From contig OZ296648.1 in the NCBI GenBank assembly GCA_965655095.1, positions 172,732,001 to 172,796,000 on the forward strand: a stretch of DNA of 64,000 nucleotides. The letters run 5' to 3'. Positions 38,890 to 52,200 of this stretch are shown one piece after another. Numbering within the stretch: position 1 is the first letter of the stretch; each line of letters opens with the position of its first letter. Position numbers and translations under genes: made by a program. The DNA is from Haplodiscus bocki (Eukaryota). The notes under the pieces were generated by a model, which saw only the letters and a list, made by a program, of their open reading frames with translations, did not search any database and had not been told where the DNA came from.

Positions 38890-40477
38890 GGTTACGTCTC
38901 AAATTGATATGTTCATCAGCCAAAAAGACACCCTGATGCGCTGGAGAAACTCAAACATTATATACTTTCAACTAGAGTTTTAACCATAATAATATAATGT
39001 ATTTCAACTGTCGTACATATATACGGTTACGTATATAAAACGTATCCTTAACAATGCACATACATATGGGTGCGTATTTATACGGAACCAAACTGATCCA
39101 GATTAGGACGGAACCGCTAGGGAACAAACAAGTATTCATAGAGTATTATGAACCTAAGAGGTGCTATATTTATATTAATATTATTATTCGATTATTATTT
39201 TTTTTCACTTGCACCTTTTATCAATGAAATCTGACGGTTTGATTGATTGCAAGAAGTGCATTTTATTCACAAATTACGAATAAATTGATGCTAAAAGCAC
39301 AACAAATTATTTCAAGTGTATTGACTCTCGCATTGAAAATTTGTTCCGTACGTACTCCGTCGCTACTAGTCTGGTGACGTGACTAATACTATTACTATGC
39401 CGTGCTGTAGTCAATACGGAAAAATCCGGAAACCACTAGTTGCTAGTCGTACGAATGAGGAATAAACTAGTAGTGCTACTAGTTTCCCCTCATTTCCAAG
39501 GAGCAAAAAGTAATGAACTGTTATTTTTATTGATGAAGTGAACACGATGGTGATGAATATTTATGTTTGCCATATTATTTAAAGTAATTCATTCTGTATT
39601 TTTCCATGTTTTGTTTATTTTCACTATCTCATTTAGGGAAACATTTCTTCCTTTTCCCATTTAGGGAATATACCTTTTTGAACGGTAAATAAAACGTCGG
39701 CGCGGGAATAAACACTTTGATGTCCATCTTTGAGGGATTGAGACCGTCCATTTTCTGTCGAAAAATGGAAAAAGCTCGTCCTATGAGGGAATACATGGAT
39801 GGAAAAGTTGATTATTTCCCGCCAGAGTCGGCATTTTCATGTTTGATGCTTTACTTTTAGAAAGTACTTCCCCTATTGGTACCGTGACTTGGCGTGTAAA
39901 CATATATGTTTCCCGCCACGAAAAGGTCTAAATAGGAGAAACGAAAGTACAATTTCAGAACTTTTCAGAGCTTTTCAGAACTATTTCAGAATTATTGTTT
40001 CGCAGTACTGACAATATTTAACCAGTCTTCATTAATTTATCCTATTTCCTCTACTGAAACAGTAGACCTCCAATTTGACTCTCCTTAAAAAAGACAATCA
40101 ATTATTAATCACTGAAAACACTTTTCCCCTGGCAATGGCAACTCGAAACGAAAGGAAACTAGCAGCCTTAAACAAAGAAAACTGTGAGGAACATCCTAGG
40201 AGCAATTTGGCACACAACTCTAATGTTCCAAAATCACAAAAAGAGTACATTTCTCAAGTTTCTGAGGAAAATGAGGAAAGAGTCACTAAAAAGTTGTCGC
40301 AAGAAACCAGCGAAACAGAAAATCGCATACTAAGTGCATTAGCACGACTTGTCGACTTTCTCATGAACCCGCTAGTTCAGGTCCCGAAACATCTTTAGTA
40401 TTAACCCTTGAACGAAGGAGGATGGCTCTTCAACAACCAGTTGACACAAAACTCTGGCCCAGAAGACGCCCACGACA
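38890..40477 (+). mobile_element. Solo LTR of a related subfamily, opposite orientation
   Basis: Shares blocks with the 33,256-34,787 LTR (atccagatt.ggacggaac; tttgttccgtacg..tccgtcgctac...tctggtgacgt; gtcgg.gcgggaataa.cactttgatgtc). Ends cacgaCA at 40,477. The 5' end is uncertain, and there is a ~170-bp insertion at ~39,170-39,335. Confidence 0.75.
40135..40477 (+). pseudogene. LTR-internal ORF (putative Gag N-terminus), internally deleted
   Basis: MATRNERKLAALNKENCEEHPRSN...EYISQVSEENEERVTKKLSQETSETENRILSALARLVDFLMNP, then TQNSGPEDAHD at the LTR end. Confidence 0.7.
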
Positions 40478-43369
40478 ATGGCCGATTTATCAGTATTTGG
40501 TGGAAATTGAAAATCAGAGACAACACATCAAAATTTATTGAACATTTTGCGACACACTAAAGTAAAATAAAATAACAGATTGCTGTTTCCAGCAACTTTC
40601 TTCACCTGGACCCAAAACAAGGCTTCAGGTTATACTAATTGAGAGAAACACCTTTTATTTTTCACTTCTTGCTGTTTTGTTTTCTGAAATATTTTTATGA
40701 TCTTTTTTCCTGGAATTAAAACTGGTTGGGAGAGCCAAGGTATTGATCCCAAGCTAACAAGCATTACCACAAAAAGTTTGAGAGCAAGACCGAGCCTTAT
40801 TCGATTTGAAAGTAAGTGAAACAAGAAGCGCAGTCCTACTGCGATATTTTCCGTTAAAGGGGTGCACAAAAAAACTGATCAACCAAACAACGAACAATTT
40901 TTACAACGAAACCCATTATTTACACTTTGAGCGCAAAAGTCGACAAATTAGGAACCTTAATAGGAATTTACGCACTGTCAGCCTATGAAGAAATCCACAG
41001 AAAAAAACAAAATTGGAGATTGCTCAATATGAAAGCCACCTAAGATCTAAAAAAATGAAGGCAGCAATTCGAATCTTGATAATTAATTCAAAGCTGAAGT
41101 GTTGGGGAAAAATGAGTTAGAATTTCCAGTTACGTCTGTAATAACAGCACTTTTCACATGAGAGGCCTTTCAAGATTTCAAGTCCACTGTAAAGAATGTA
41201 TGTCACGGTAATTAGAAACGCATTGTCTGCTACGCGTTGGGAAGAAAGCTATCGACCGACACCTTGATAGAAAAAGGAAGCACACAGAGCTGAAGTAAAA
41301 TGAGTTCGAACATCGAGGCATCTCAAGACTAAAAACACTTTTTGCGTCTCAGATCCATGCGGACTCCACCTCTGGGAAGAAGAACTTGACGTTTCAAGTG
41401 AAAGCCCTCCTTCAAATGCATATTCTTTCCTTCAGATTTTGATGGAAGAAAACAAACATGTACATTTCGAGAAGCATGATTTAGAATATTGAGTTAATTA
41501 AACAGTGTTCGCAGTTTATGGATTTTTCGATCATCAAATTTGTGATTTGATTGTCTATGTCGACAATATTTTAAGTGACTTCTTCTTAAAAATTTCCAAG
41601 TAATCTGATTAAGATCTTCATGGAAGGGACAAGATGTCTAGTTACGGAGAAAAATGACTAAAAATACTGGGTTATATCAAAATTAAAAGCAGTTTTCAAA
41701 AAAATCAGTATATGAAGGTTGTGATGCAAGGATCAAAGGCACAGGTTTCTAAATCGATTTCCCTTCAAAAACTGTTATTTTTTCGTTTGTCATCCTGAGT
41801 GAAAAAATCATACCTGTAGTTGCTGAGAAAAGAGAATTTGATGATGGAGATAGTTTGATAAGCATAGCCCTTTTCAGAAGTTTCCGACATCAGGATTGTG
41901 ACAAAAGGAAGAAAACCAACAAATTTCCATGGAAAATTCTTGAACAAATGGTACACTAAGAATTCAAATCTAGTTGGAAAAGTCGTCCTCGTTTTCCTGG
42001 AGACTGAATGAGTGTCAATTTTAAGGCAGGTAATGCTTCCTGGCATTACGTTTATGTGGGGATCACAGAATGAAAGAATCCAACAGCAATATTTTTGCAC
42101 TCCATTTGATTTCTCCAATTTGCGGCGAACAATGAGAGCGAAGGAAACTGTTACAAGAAAGTTGAATGAAAACTCAGATATTCAATATTTTAGTCAAACT
42201 TTTTATCAATTTTTTTCAAAATTTTTCGTTTTTTCAAGAAAATCCATATTACTTCAACTTTCTCATCAATAGAAACAATTTGTTCAAGTTACCTCGAAAT
42301 ACTGATCAATAAGGACTAAAAACCCATTTATGAAATAAATTTTAAGTTCTGTCGCAAAGAGCCTGGTTTTTTGCTAATGAAGAAAAAGAGTGTTAGACAG
42401 GATCTAAAGATTTGGGAAAAAAGTGGCCGACAGCAGGATCTCATTCCGCCATCTATGGGCTAGCTAAGACCGGTTGCCACTCTCACATTAGTTTTAGGCA
42501 AAACGCAAACTTTTTTGCGGACTCGGATTTCGCGCGTCATGGGCACAATTGGTAAAAAAAGAGAAAAGAAGTTCGACAACTGAATTGAAGGTTTTCTTTT
42601 CGAAAAAACTATTCAACAGAATCCAAAAATCAATTTGCAGAGGCAGTTTTTGAATTGATCCTTACTAGAACCGTATCCTGGATGAAATGAGATGACTACC
42701 ATCCGGGTTAATCTCACGTATGGGTTTTCCAAGCTGACTCAAAGAATGCCTTTTCTCTGTAACTTCACCGAGTGTTTTTAACTGATTTTTCAATTTTGGC
42801 AATTTCTCTGATCATCAAAATTAGGCAAGTTAGAAAATTTTGACAGAGCGTTCCATCATTAAATTTACGCTCTGTTTTTAATGTATGAAGATAGTGTTAG
42901 TAACATCCTAATGGAAGTTTTATAGCCACGAAATGGATTAAGTGAAAATGAAAAGTTGTTTTATCACCTCCCTTTGTCCAAAAGGAACGAGACTTGTAAA
43001 ATATGAGTAACCATAAGTAATTTCTAGAACAAGTATTGTTGAAATCATAAAAGTAGATTCTTTCACCGTTCACCAAAGTCACAAAACATTTGTGCATGAT
43101 ACTGACTTTTTCCAATGGGGGCTCAAAGGGTACAAGACAGATTTTCTTAAGACATATAAAAGACCGGTAAGTTCTGAACAGCGCACTAGGGACGGTTACT
43201 AATTCCTGAGTAGCGGCGTAACAGACTCGAATACTTCAGAAGCACTAAGGACTTGGATTACATTTTGATGAGAAAGGAGCTGTTAGATGAGGCTTCTGAT
43301 CAATTTGTAGAGTAAGAACTATTGTTCCCAATAGACGGAAACACTTAGAGCTATGGTGACGTCAAAACA

Positions 43370-43570
43370 ATGGACTACCAGACAGCGCTAGTTTCATCGG
43401 ATTCCAATCGATCGAAGACCAACCTCCACTCTACAGTAGAACAACTAATATTGAAAAAAAACTCATTAGTTTCTATCCGACAGAAGGAAGCGCTGCAAAA
43501 AATACATGGTGGCAGGATACCAATTCTTCGAACAATTCATCAGAAGTCATCTGTAGCAACAAAAGACTAG
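43370..43570 (+). pseudogene. Possible Gypsy pol fragment (integrase Zn-binding approach)
   Basis: LILKKNSLVSIRQKEALQKIHGGRIPI resembles LLL...RIVIP..LQ..IL.KIH.GH.GI. Single motif only. Confidence 0.3.
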
Positions 43571-43969
43571 TAGAACATCCCATAGAAAAACACATTGTTC
43601 ATTGGTTTGCATCGGATAGAAGGAACCGATAATAGACATTGATTACCAGAAACAATGAAATTCATCAATTTAGCTCCGAGTGATTGAATTCACTGCTGAT
43701 GCATACAAATATCATACAAACATCCAATGGGTGAAATTTTTTTTAATGGATTTAATTACCGATCTAGAATTTCATTGAATTTCAACAGAATAATGCTGTT
43801 GGTGCTCAGCGTTTTTCATCCAAGCGATTAAAATCCACCAATTTGGTAGAGATGCAATTTGAAAAGATGTGAATGTTTTTACCTTGGAAAGAATCACTCT
43901 TTTTTCATCATATTTTCTAATTTTTCCAACGTTCAAATTTTCTGATTTTTTTTGTCACAAGAACTTCAT

Positions 43970-44435
43970 AATTAGGGCGGAAAAGACATTTTTAAATAAT
44001 TCCGCTCGATACGCATTCTAAAGCAAATTTGCCTTCTTTAGCGATTTTGAAAAAATTCGAGATTTTTTTCGAAAAATCCATCTATTTTTTGAAAAAAATT
44101 CAAAATTTTGAACGTTTCGAGAATTTTTACTATTTCAGTCGCATTCTACGGCAAATTTGCTACGTTTAGCAATTTTTAAAAAAATCATTTTTTTTCGGAA
44201 AATGAATCTATTTTTTTTTAAAACAAAACAAATTTTGAAAGTTTTGAGAAATCTTAATATTTCAGTCGCATTCTGCGGCAAATTTGCTACAATTTGATGC
44301 AAAAAAATTTCAGACACGTGAACAACCGATGTTGGCTCGTTTACGCGAGCCCAATTGGTAAACATCGGGTGAAAAAAGGACCTATTTGGGAGGAAGATTT
44401 TGCTTTCATATTCTTATGAGTATGGCGCAAATTAT
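43970..44435. mobile_element. Non-autonomous repeat with ~128-bp internal tandem units and a subterminal hairpin (Helentron/DINE-like)
   Basis: cgcattcta.ggcaaatttgc recurs at 44,012, 44,140 and 44,267. Nested inverted repeats ccgatgtt...aacatcgg and gctcg...cgagc at 44,326-44,368. Confidence 0.55.
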
Positions 44436-45606
44436 TAAATTTTTTGAAGATACTTAACACGCCAATTACCTACACTTTCTGTTTGCGCTGATCACAAATG
44501 TTCAGCATTGCTCAATCAATTTCAGCAAATTTCTGAGTTGAAATAATTGTGACCAGTAATATTCATGCAAAGTAGACTCATTGTCATTTTTCTTCAGCGT
44601 TAATTCGTCAAACTACCAATTAACGCTGAATAGCTTCCTGATAACATTTTCTCTTTTGGAAATCAACGAACGGTATTTCCATGTTTTTAGACGACCGTCA
44701 CAAAAGCGAAGGGAAAGGGAACGCTCTTTGGGCAGCAATACTAGGAAATTCAAAGGGAATTCTTTGAAAATTTTCCCGTTCCACTTTCAAATCAACATGC
44801 TTATTCAAATCCCAATATCTCAACCTAATAGACAAACTTTTCTGCTTTTTGCTACAATGTTACGAAAGAGTCTAATCTATCACACACTAAAAGTTGGTTG
44901 TGGATGAAGCTTGAAGATGGAAACAATTTTAGTTAGTTTGACGACCTATGTCTTTTAAGGAGTCGTTTGTTTCTGGATACGGGTCTCCAAATTACCTAAA
45001 TTTGACAAAGGATTAACGGAGAGACTCTCTCCTCTTTCTTTTTATTTTTTGTTTAACTTCTGAAAACTTTTGGTCAGATTTTTATCCGAAACAAGCTTGA
45101 AAAAATACGCTCAAGTTGCCTAAGTGTACACTAGAATACATTCAATGAAAACGAATGCTCTCAAAACAGTGTTTAGTTTTCATCCCCCAATTTCCTTGGA
45201 ACTGTTAACATAGGGTGAAGCTTTTCCTTTTCAACTGGATGCAGTTTTGTAAAAAAAAATAGCGGTGCCAAAGCGCCAAAGCTGCTTAGTGCGTATATTT
45301 AAGAAGGCGTAAATAAACTTAGAGGCAAATTTGATTTGCCCCAAAGGCATCTTTGAAACTATAAACGGAAGACGTCTACGCATCTACAATTTAGAACGCG
45401 GTTAAATCCAAAGAGACCTAGAAGTTTCCTAATGATTATTTAACCAAGAAGCTCCAAGTTATCATTATTTTTGATAAAATTTCACTTTTTTGCCGTTTTT
45501 GGCTGCTCCAAAATTTTTTGGTAGAGAGACAAGTTTGATGGAAGATTTTTTGAAATATGCGGTGGGCTCTTTGACGATATGCCGTGTTTAGAATAGATGG
45601 ATCAGC

Positions 45607-45886
45607 TACTCGGTAACAATTGACAAATTTGGTTTGATAATTAGCGACCGGACTATGTTATGATAATGAACAAGGCCACTATGGCATGATCATGGTATGC
45701 TTAATGACAACCATGCATGGAACATGGCTTCTTTATCTTGTTTCAGGACAATCATGGCAAGCCTGTCTTGAAATGGCCGTGATCCTGGTGAGTATGAAAC
45801 ACGATGTTCTCGCTATGGCATGCTCGCCATGACATGCTCGCCATGACATGCTCGTCATGTTTGACCATGGTTGTCATCCAGGGTAG
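45607..45886. repeat. CATG-rich MITE-like repeat with a 14-bp minisatellite
   Basis: catgctcgccatga occurs ~3 times at ~45,819-45,858. Weak terminal inversion ctactcgg / ccagggtag. Confidence 0.4.
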
Positions 45887-46339
45887 AACTGATCCTACAA
45901 TTCTTTAGATCAGATTCTCAGCAATGAAAATGATCAACAAATACTGTTACGTGTTTAATAGCAATCAACAGAGAACCAAAAAGACATTTTTACACACAAA
46001 ATGAGTTGTTAAAGATTCTTTCAGCTCAACCGAAAAACTTTCTGAGTCAATCAAATTTACTGTTAAATTAATGCCCAATTTAAAAATCTGTCAGCCGGAT
46101 GCAGTTACATTATTTAATTTTTTATTACTTATTGTTTCACTGTTAATAGTTTGCTGTTACAAAGTTGCTGGCATTGGATTATAAAACAATATAAATTTAT
46201 GAATTCATCAAATGGTTTAACTAAACTTTGTGAAATCATGTAGCAGAATTCATCCTTTGTTGCTGCAAAAAAACGGAAAATTAATTGTAGAGTGGGTAGA
46301 GGAAAAAACATTTATCGATAAATCGAAGACAAGGTCTCA

Positions 46340-46370
46340 AATTGATCACGAATTGATCACGAATTGATCA
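46340..46370. repeat. 11-bp minisatellite (aattgatcacg, ~3 copies)
   Basis: Directly visible. Confidence 0.85.
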
Positions 46371-47449
46371 GCATGAATCTTGAAAGATCTTTTTCCCAAT
46401 AATAGATTCCTTGCAACCCCGTTAGAACATGCTGAAAATTTACAAACATTATCTTAGACGTGAAATTTTACAAGTTCAGAGAAACTTTTCGTAAGCTTGT
46501 CCAAGAACTTGACAAAATAGCCATGAACAAAATTTTGAGAGTATTTGCCAATTGTTTTGAAAATTTAGAAGCATCTCAAAAGTAGAAGAAGTCATGTGCA
46601 AAATATCAAAAGTAATCAAGAATTTTTTATGCATCATGCAATGTTTTACCACTTTTATAAAATTTGAAACCTATACAAAATTCCCCATGTGTGCTTCAAA
46701 CTGTTTCTTGCAATCAAAGCTAAGTGGTTTATAATTTATTGATTGTATGGATTTCTCTCATGCGATTTCGGAAGTGTACACTGTAGAAGATATATCTATG
46801 CCCGTAGGTAAAAAGGGGAAAACTGGACAATGTATTTTTTCTCATGTATTGGAATAAAGTTTGATTTCATGGTTTGATTTCAGGAAAGAAAAATGTCAAT
46901 TTCCAAGTGGCATACAATTTTTGCAAGATTTTGTAAATATTTTCTGTAACGCTGAATTTTCCGTGTTTCATGAAGACAATTCTCCGCCTGCTTCTATAGA
47001 ACATATAAGAATTCGAAGCAATCTAGACCAACGAAAATTGTGCAAATTTTTGACAAATGTTGTCTTGAAGGACCTTGCAAAAAATGTATTTTCATGCAAA
47101 AATCTTGCAAGGATCACATCAACTTGCAAGAATATTGCAAATAGTTCACATTAGGACATGAATTGCAAAGTTTTTGCCAGACATTTCTTTTTGGAGCACT
47201 AGATTTTATAGCCTTTTCTAGAGTTTATGAGTGTACCCTGTTTATAACGTTGAATGTTTTGAGTAACAATATCTTATGTTCTTTTGCAAGTTATTCTTTC
47301 TTTGTCGGTGTAAAATACTTTGCCGAAAAATTGGAAGTTCTTCAATCGAACTGGTTCAAGTTTTTCTATTCCATCTCAAAGAAGAATTTCAACATTTTGT
47401 AACCTAACAAAATTTCAGTGCTTAAGCTAACATCTTAACGTCTCTCTTT

Positions 47450-47527
47450 CGTGCTCTTGTAGTACCGCATATTTCCCTCATGCGGGCATGACAGTGGTAC
47501 ATACGGGTTCGACACCCGACTAGGCCA
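47450..47527 (+). mobile_element. Degenerate tRNA-like / SINE head
   Basis: T-arm-like cggg-TTCGACA-cccg near 47,504-47,518. Confidence 0.3.
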
Positions 47528-49740
47528 ATAAATTTTGAAAACAAAATTTATGGATATATCCTTTTTTGCATAAACGTTTTTTTTTACAGTAGGAAATTAG
47601 TTTGTGAAGAGAATGTCCCATTTTTTGTGATACCTCCTTCCATATTTTGAGCCTTAAGAGCGGCGCAGATTTGGTTGCGGATTCAATGCTTGTTATTTCC
47701 CTTGATTCAATTAAGAAGTTCCGTAACTTCTGTGCAGTAGCTAATTTCTTTTGAACTGAGATTTCGAATTTTTTCAACAGATGTTCTGTAGACCAAAGCA
47801 TAATCATTTACACTCTGCTCTCCAGTCTCAAAGTTTTTGACGTTAATTGGCCTCTAGGTCCATAAAAAAGGAAGACACGCTCTGGTCACTAGGTGCGCCT
47901 CTTATAATAAAAATGTGCACAAGTTGAAAAAAAATGCTTTTGGTGTCTTTGAACAAAAACACCAGAAAAAGACACTAAAATTTGGACACAAAAGAAGCTA
48001 AGTAGATTGTTGTTTGTTCCGATCACCAAAAAATTTTGAAAATGACGTACCTTTTGGTCACGTTTTCTGAACAACCCAAAAGTTTCGTCGAGTACTTTTC
48101 TTTTTAAAATACTAGCTAAAATTTGCACTTGACCAGAGTTTAATGTTTGGAAAACGCTCTATGTTGACATCTGGAAGTTTTGGTTGAATTGTTAAATGAA
48201 CAAACATTCGATTTTTGTTCAATTTTTGTGACTATGGGTTAGTCGTTTGAAAGAGCTTGAAAGCAACTGTTGGAAAAAACCCTTTCTCCAATTTTTGACT
48301 GACTTTTACAGTCTTCGAATCCGTATGTCCTCCAAACTCAAACTCAAATTTTTGTGACACAAGAACAAGAAATTTCGGTTATGGGCTTTGTGAGGTATCG
48401 TAGACGATGTGAAATTTTCTATATACTTTTTTAATTGCGAGGAACTAGAAACCTCTACCTTCCACAACTTTCATTTGGTAATTTTGAAGCGGTAAAAATT
48501 GACACTTGTGCCTTCAACCAAAATCAATTTTCTGTTAGTGGTAACTAAAGGATGACCGCAAAGGTTTCTCGGTTTTGTGGCATTCAGTAGATTTTTGTTG
48601 AAGCTACTTTCTACATTTTTCAGATAATTGTTTCAGTCTTGTTGTCCTGAAAATTGTAAAATGTTGCGACTGCTGTCCTGCTGTCTTGATCGAACTTGAT
48701 TCCCTTTGGAGTAAGTCAAAAACACGTAAAGGTAATCCTTTTGTAATGAATCATGGTCTATGCCAACATTTTCGATTACTTTTAATTAACCGAGAAAACA
48801 AAGATTTTTAGATAATTTTTATATTGAGTTTGCTCAGTCTAAAACATTGTATCTTGGTACCAGCGTAATCAATCGGCCTCAAAGTATCTTGAGGCTTAAA
48901 GAAAGAATAATTTAGAATTGGTAATCGAGTTTCGTGACGCTGGGGTTTCTGATCGAACGTTTTCAGTATTTTTTTTTGAGCTTGCGACAGATGATACGGA
49001 AAATAATGTTCTGAAAGGTACGTGTTTTAGTGTGTCCGTTGTGTTCGAATTTTTGAACAGTTGATGCTGCAATATAGCGCTGCTCTATTTTACCTCTTGT
49101 TAATATGTTTTCCCAGGGAAAACAATATGTAACGTTTTTGTATTAGAAAATGGGTTCCTTGTTGTTCCTCGGTGTTCAAAATTTTAGATCGAATAGAAAC
49201 CAACAAAATTAAAAGACTAAAGACTCAGAGTTCAGTGTTGTGACCTTCAAGCTAAACAACTGCATTCAAAAAACCCGGAATTAAATTTTAGGATGTATTT
49301 CAAAGGTATTCCATCTAATTCTTCTTGGCAAGAGTTTTGCAGGATGCTGCTTATAACACTAATGGCACTCGATTAACTCTAAAAAACTTCCAGGCTTACA
49401 AGCGAATCTGGCTCACCAACGTGTAACTGATTTTTTAGTCTCTTTAGTTTTTGAAAAGATCCATTGAAGACACTTCGTGGAATATATTCCAAGAAAAGAT
49501 TATTTGAAATTGTCGCCGTACACGAAAAAGTTAGTTCAGTGGACTTAAAGGAGAATTAGCTATCTAACTAAAAAAAGTTAACCAACGAATTGTAAGTACA
49601 AAATATGAAAATCAGACACTGCAGACTTAACCAATTGTTGCTCACGTGTTTGAATATCAAATTTTCTTTTCATCAAATTGTAGCAAAAACGATGTTGGCT
49701 CGCTTGAATTTTTTGGCCGACATTGACCAGAATGCTAGAA

Positions 49741-49920
49741 AGGCCAAAAAACCAAAAAGCCAAAAAAGTAAAAAAAAAAAGACCAAAGAAGCCGAAAAAG
49801 ACAAAAAAAACAAAAAAGCCAAAAAAAAGACCAAAACAACGAAAAAAAACCAACAAAACCAAAAAACCAAAAAAAATGCAAAAAAAAACAAAAAAAAACA
49901 AAAAAAACTGAAAAGAAACC
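49741..49920 (+). repeat. A-rich low-complexity tract with ~9-bp periodicity
   Basis: Units such as aaaaaagcc, aaaaaagac and aaaaaaacc. Almost no T. Confidence 0.85.
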
Positions 49921-50044
49921 CAAAAGTCTTCCGTTCTAGTTATTATATTTCTGCAATCGGTACACTTGATTTGAGAGGTAAAGTTATAGAGGTTGCTATT
50001 AGCCTGAAGATCGAGAGATACGTTTAGGCATGAACGACTGATCA

Positions 50045-50121
50045 TCTATCTTAGTCCAACTGGTGCGACGTTTGGATTCTGTTCCTAAGTTCAAAGGTCG
50101 CACTAGTTGGACTAAGGTAGG
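50045..50121 (+). other. Long hairpin (~32-bp stem, ~13-nt loop)
   Basis: tctatcttagtccaactggtgcgacgtttgga pairs with ttcaaaggtcgcactagttggactaaggtagg, with one mismatch and four G-U pairs. Confidence 0.85.
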
Positions 50122-51819
50122 TTTGGCATTAGTACGTTTGGCACCAACTTGGCGTTTTCCAAATTTACCATTTCTTAGAACCTCTTTCACATTTAAGCGG
50201 TGGAGCCATTTTCAGTAAAATCGCGTCGCCCTCAATTCAGGCACCTAATTTTGGAACTGAGTACTTTCTCCCATTCTCCCACAGACATTTTCCTGTTTAA
50301 GTAAAAGATGTTTTCATATACGATTGAACAACAAAACCAACAGCTCCACCATTTGCATATACCACCTTTTTTCAAATTCAATTCAAGTCTTCTACATCGT
50401 GGTAATATATTAACCTCATTTTGTACCTCTTTTTCAAAATAGTACAATCAAAATGCAGCGTTATTGCATAATATCTGTAAAATAAAAAAAATTTTGCTCC
50501 AACAAAAACTTTTTAGGTTCTTATATTTTTTTAATCTTCCGGGAAATCATCACAACCAAAATTTTGAGAGTGATATGCCATTCACTTTATTTTTTATTCA
50601 TGATAAATACTAACTACAAACCTTTCCGCCACCTTTATTTGCCCAATATAAAATGCAAGTATTTGACCAACTTTTCAAAATATTCTCTTCCCAAACTCCA
50701 CCTGATGCAGATCCCGCATATTCACATTTGCCACATCAAAGTTCAAGAATAGCTCAAATCATTGCCGTTCGGGAGAAACTGGAAGAAACTACCTTATCTA
50801 TCAGAAGCCTTTTCACAGAGAGTGGCCCAGATAGTTATATACAGGGACATTTAAAACTTAACACACTTATCTTTCGCTCAGTTCTAGACCTTTTTAGACT
50901 TGTTGACGATCTGAACACCTGACAATTTTTAATCTCCTCTCAATTTCTTGAAGAATCTTTCCAAGGTTTTTACATTAATCAAATTGTGCCGGCATTTTCA
51001 AAATTTACGAGAAGTTTAATGAATCCTTTGGGATCCGTTGGAACAATTTCAGGAAGTTTATTATTTCTAAAAAGGTAAAAAGATTGCTCCGTTTTTGCGA
51101 GTTTTCTGAATTTAAAGACTCAACAATCTTATTGAAATTAGAGGTTTGTGAAAATCTTCGATCTTTGTATTTTGTTCTCTGAAGATGCTGAGTTGTTTCC
51201 TCTAACTCAACCAACAACATTACAAGCTTGACAATCAAACATTTATAGTCCCACTCAAATTGCAAACACCTTCTATGCTAACCTGAATGATCCTTCAAAA
51301 CCACCCCATACCTACATCGATCTCTTCTAGCACACTAGCACACATAACTACGAATAATAAAACCTTTTTCCACGACCACCAACTTTTTATTTTCCAATAC
51401 CTCTGCTGGACTCAGGCGATACCCTAAAAATAGTTGCAGTCTCATCAACTTCAAATCAGCACTTTAAACCTACAATTGCGCCTAAAACAACAACAATTAA
51501 AGCTTCCTTTGTAGAAAAGGAACTCAATCCGACATCCATACCGATCATTCCATCAGAACTTTCCGATCCTACCTCTTCACTATCAAGAAATTTAAAAATA
51601 CAGTCTCATACTTATTGATCACCACGTTATACCATTGCGCAACCAAGTACTTTGTAGCCTTCACCACATCACTGGGCCATACCCTCAAATCATAATCCTC
51701 CTCCTTCGATGGCTACTCAACAGCCATTATCTACTACTTCTATTCTACATTAGACACATATATATGTACGACCTCTCCAATCATACATTCTAAAAGTCCC
51801 TACATGGGCTCTACTTTTG

Positions 51820-52200
51820 AGCCAACTTCAAATTTTCGATGGCATAGAACACAGATATCAAGCAGAACAAAATCTTATTGGTAAAAAAGCAAGTACTATT
51901 TATCAACTTGGTCCTTAATCATCCAGTCCTGACCAAAAACGTAATTGGTATGTACGTCAAATGGTCTTCCTAGCCACATCCTCAGACGGCCTTGTCTCTT
52001 CATGGTTTAATAGTCTTCATGAAGCTGATACCAAAGACTGGTCTAGCCTTGCGGTTGAATTTCTCAAATAATTCGATGGCGTTACAGCACAATATAAAAA
52101 TCAAGCTGAAGCTCAAAATGCACACCTGAACATGCATGTCTATTTCCATTTATGCTTGTCGTGTTGATGACGTTTTCAGTAAAGGTTCCCTTCAAATTGA
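51820..52200 (+). pseudogene. Gypsy gag capsid remnant
   Basis: LQIFDGIEHRYQAEQ and MVFLATSSDGLVSSWFNSLHEADTKDWSSLAVEFLK fit the retrotransposon gag pattern L.G.A..WF..L......W..F...F. Confidence 0.7.

Noticed and set aside
40600-42300. Host gene exons (ORFs 41765-42118 and 42012-42272)
   Set aside because: No recognisable domain or splice structure that I can support.
46900-47200. ttgcaa-rich stretch (also ~63,000-63,700) as a defined element
   Set aside because: Probably old repeat debris. No period or ends could be defined.
49578-50045. Phe-rich membrane protein ORFs on the minus strand
   Set aside because: Antisense reading of the A-rich tract.
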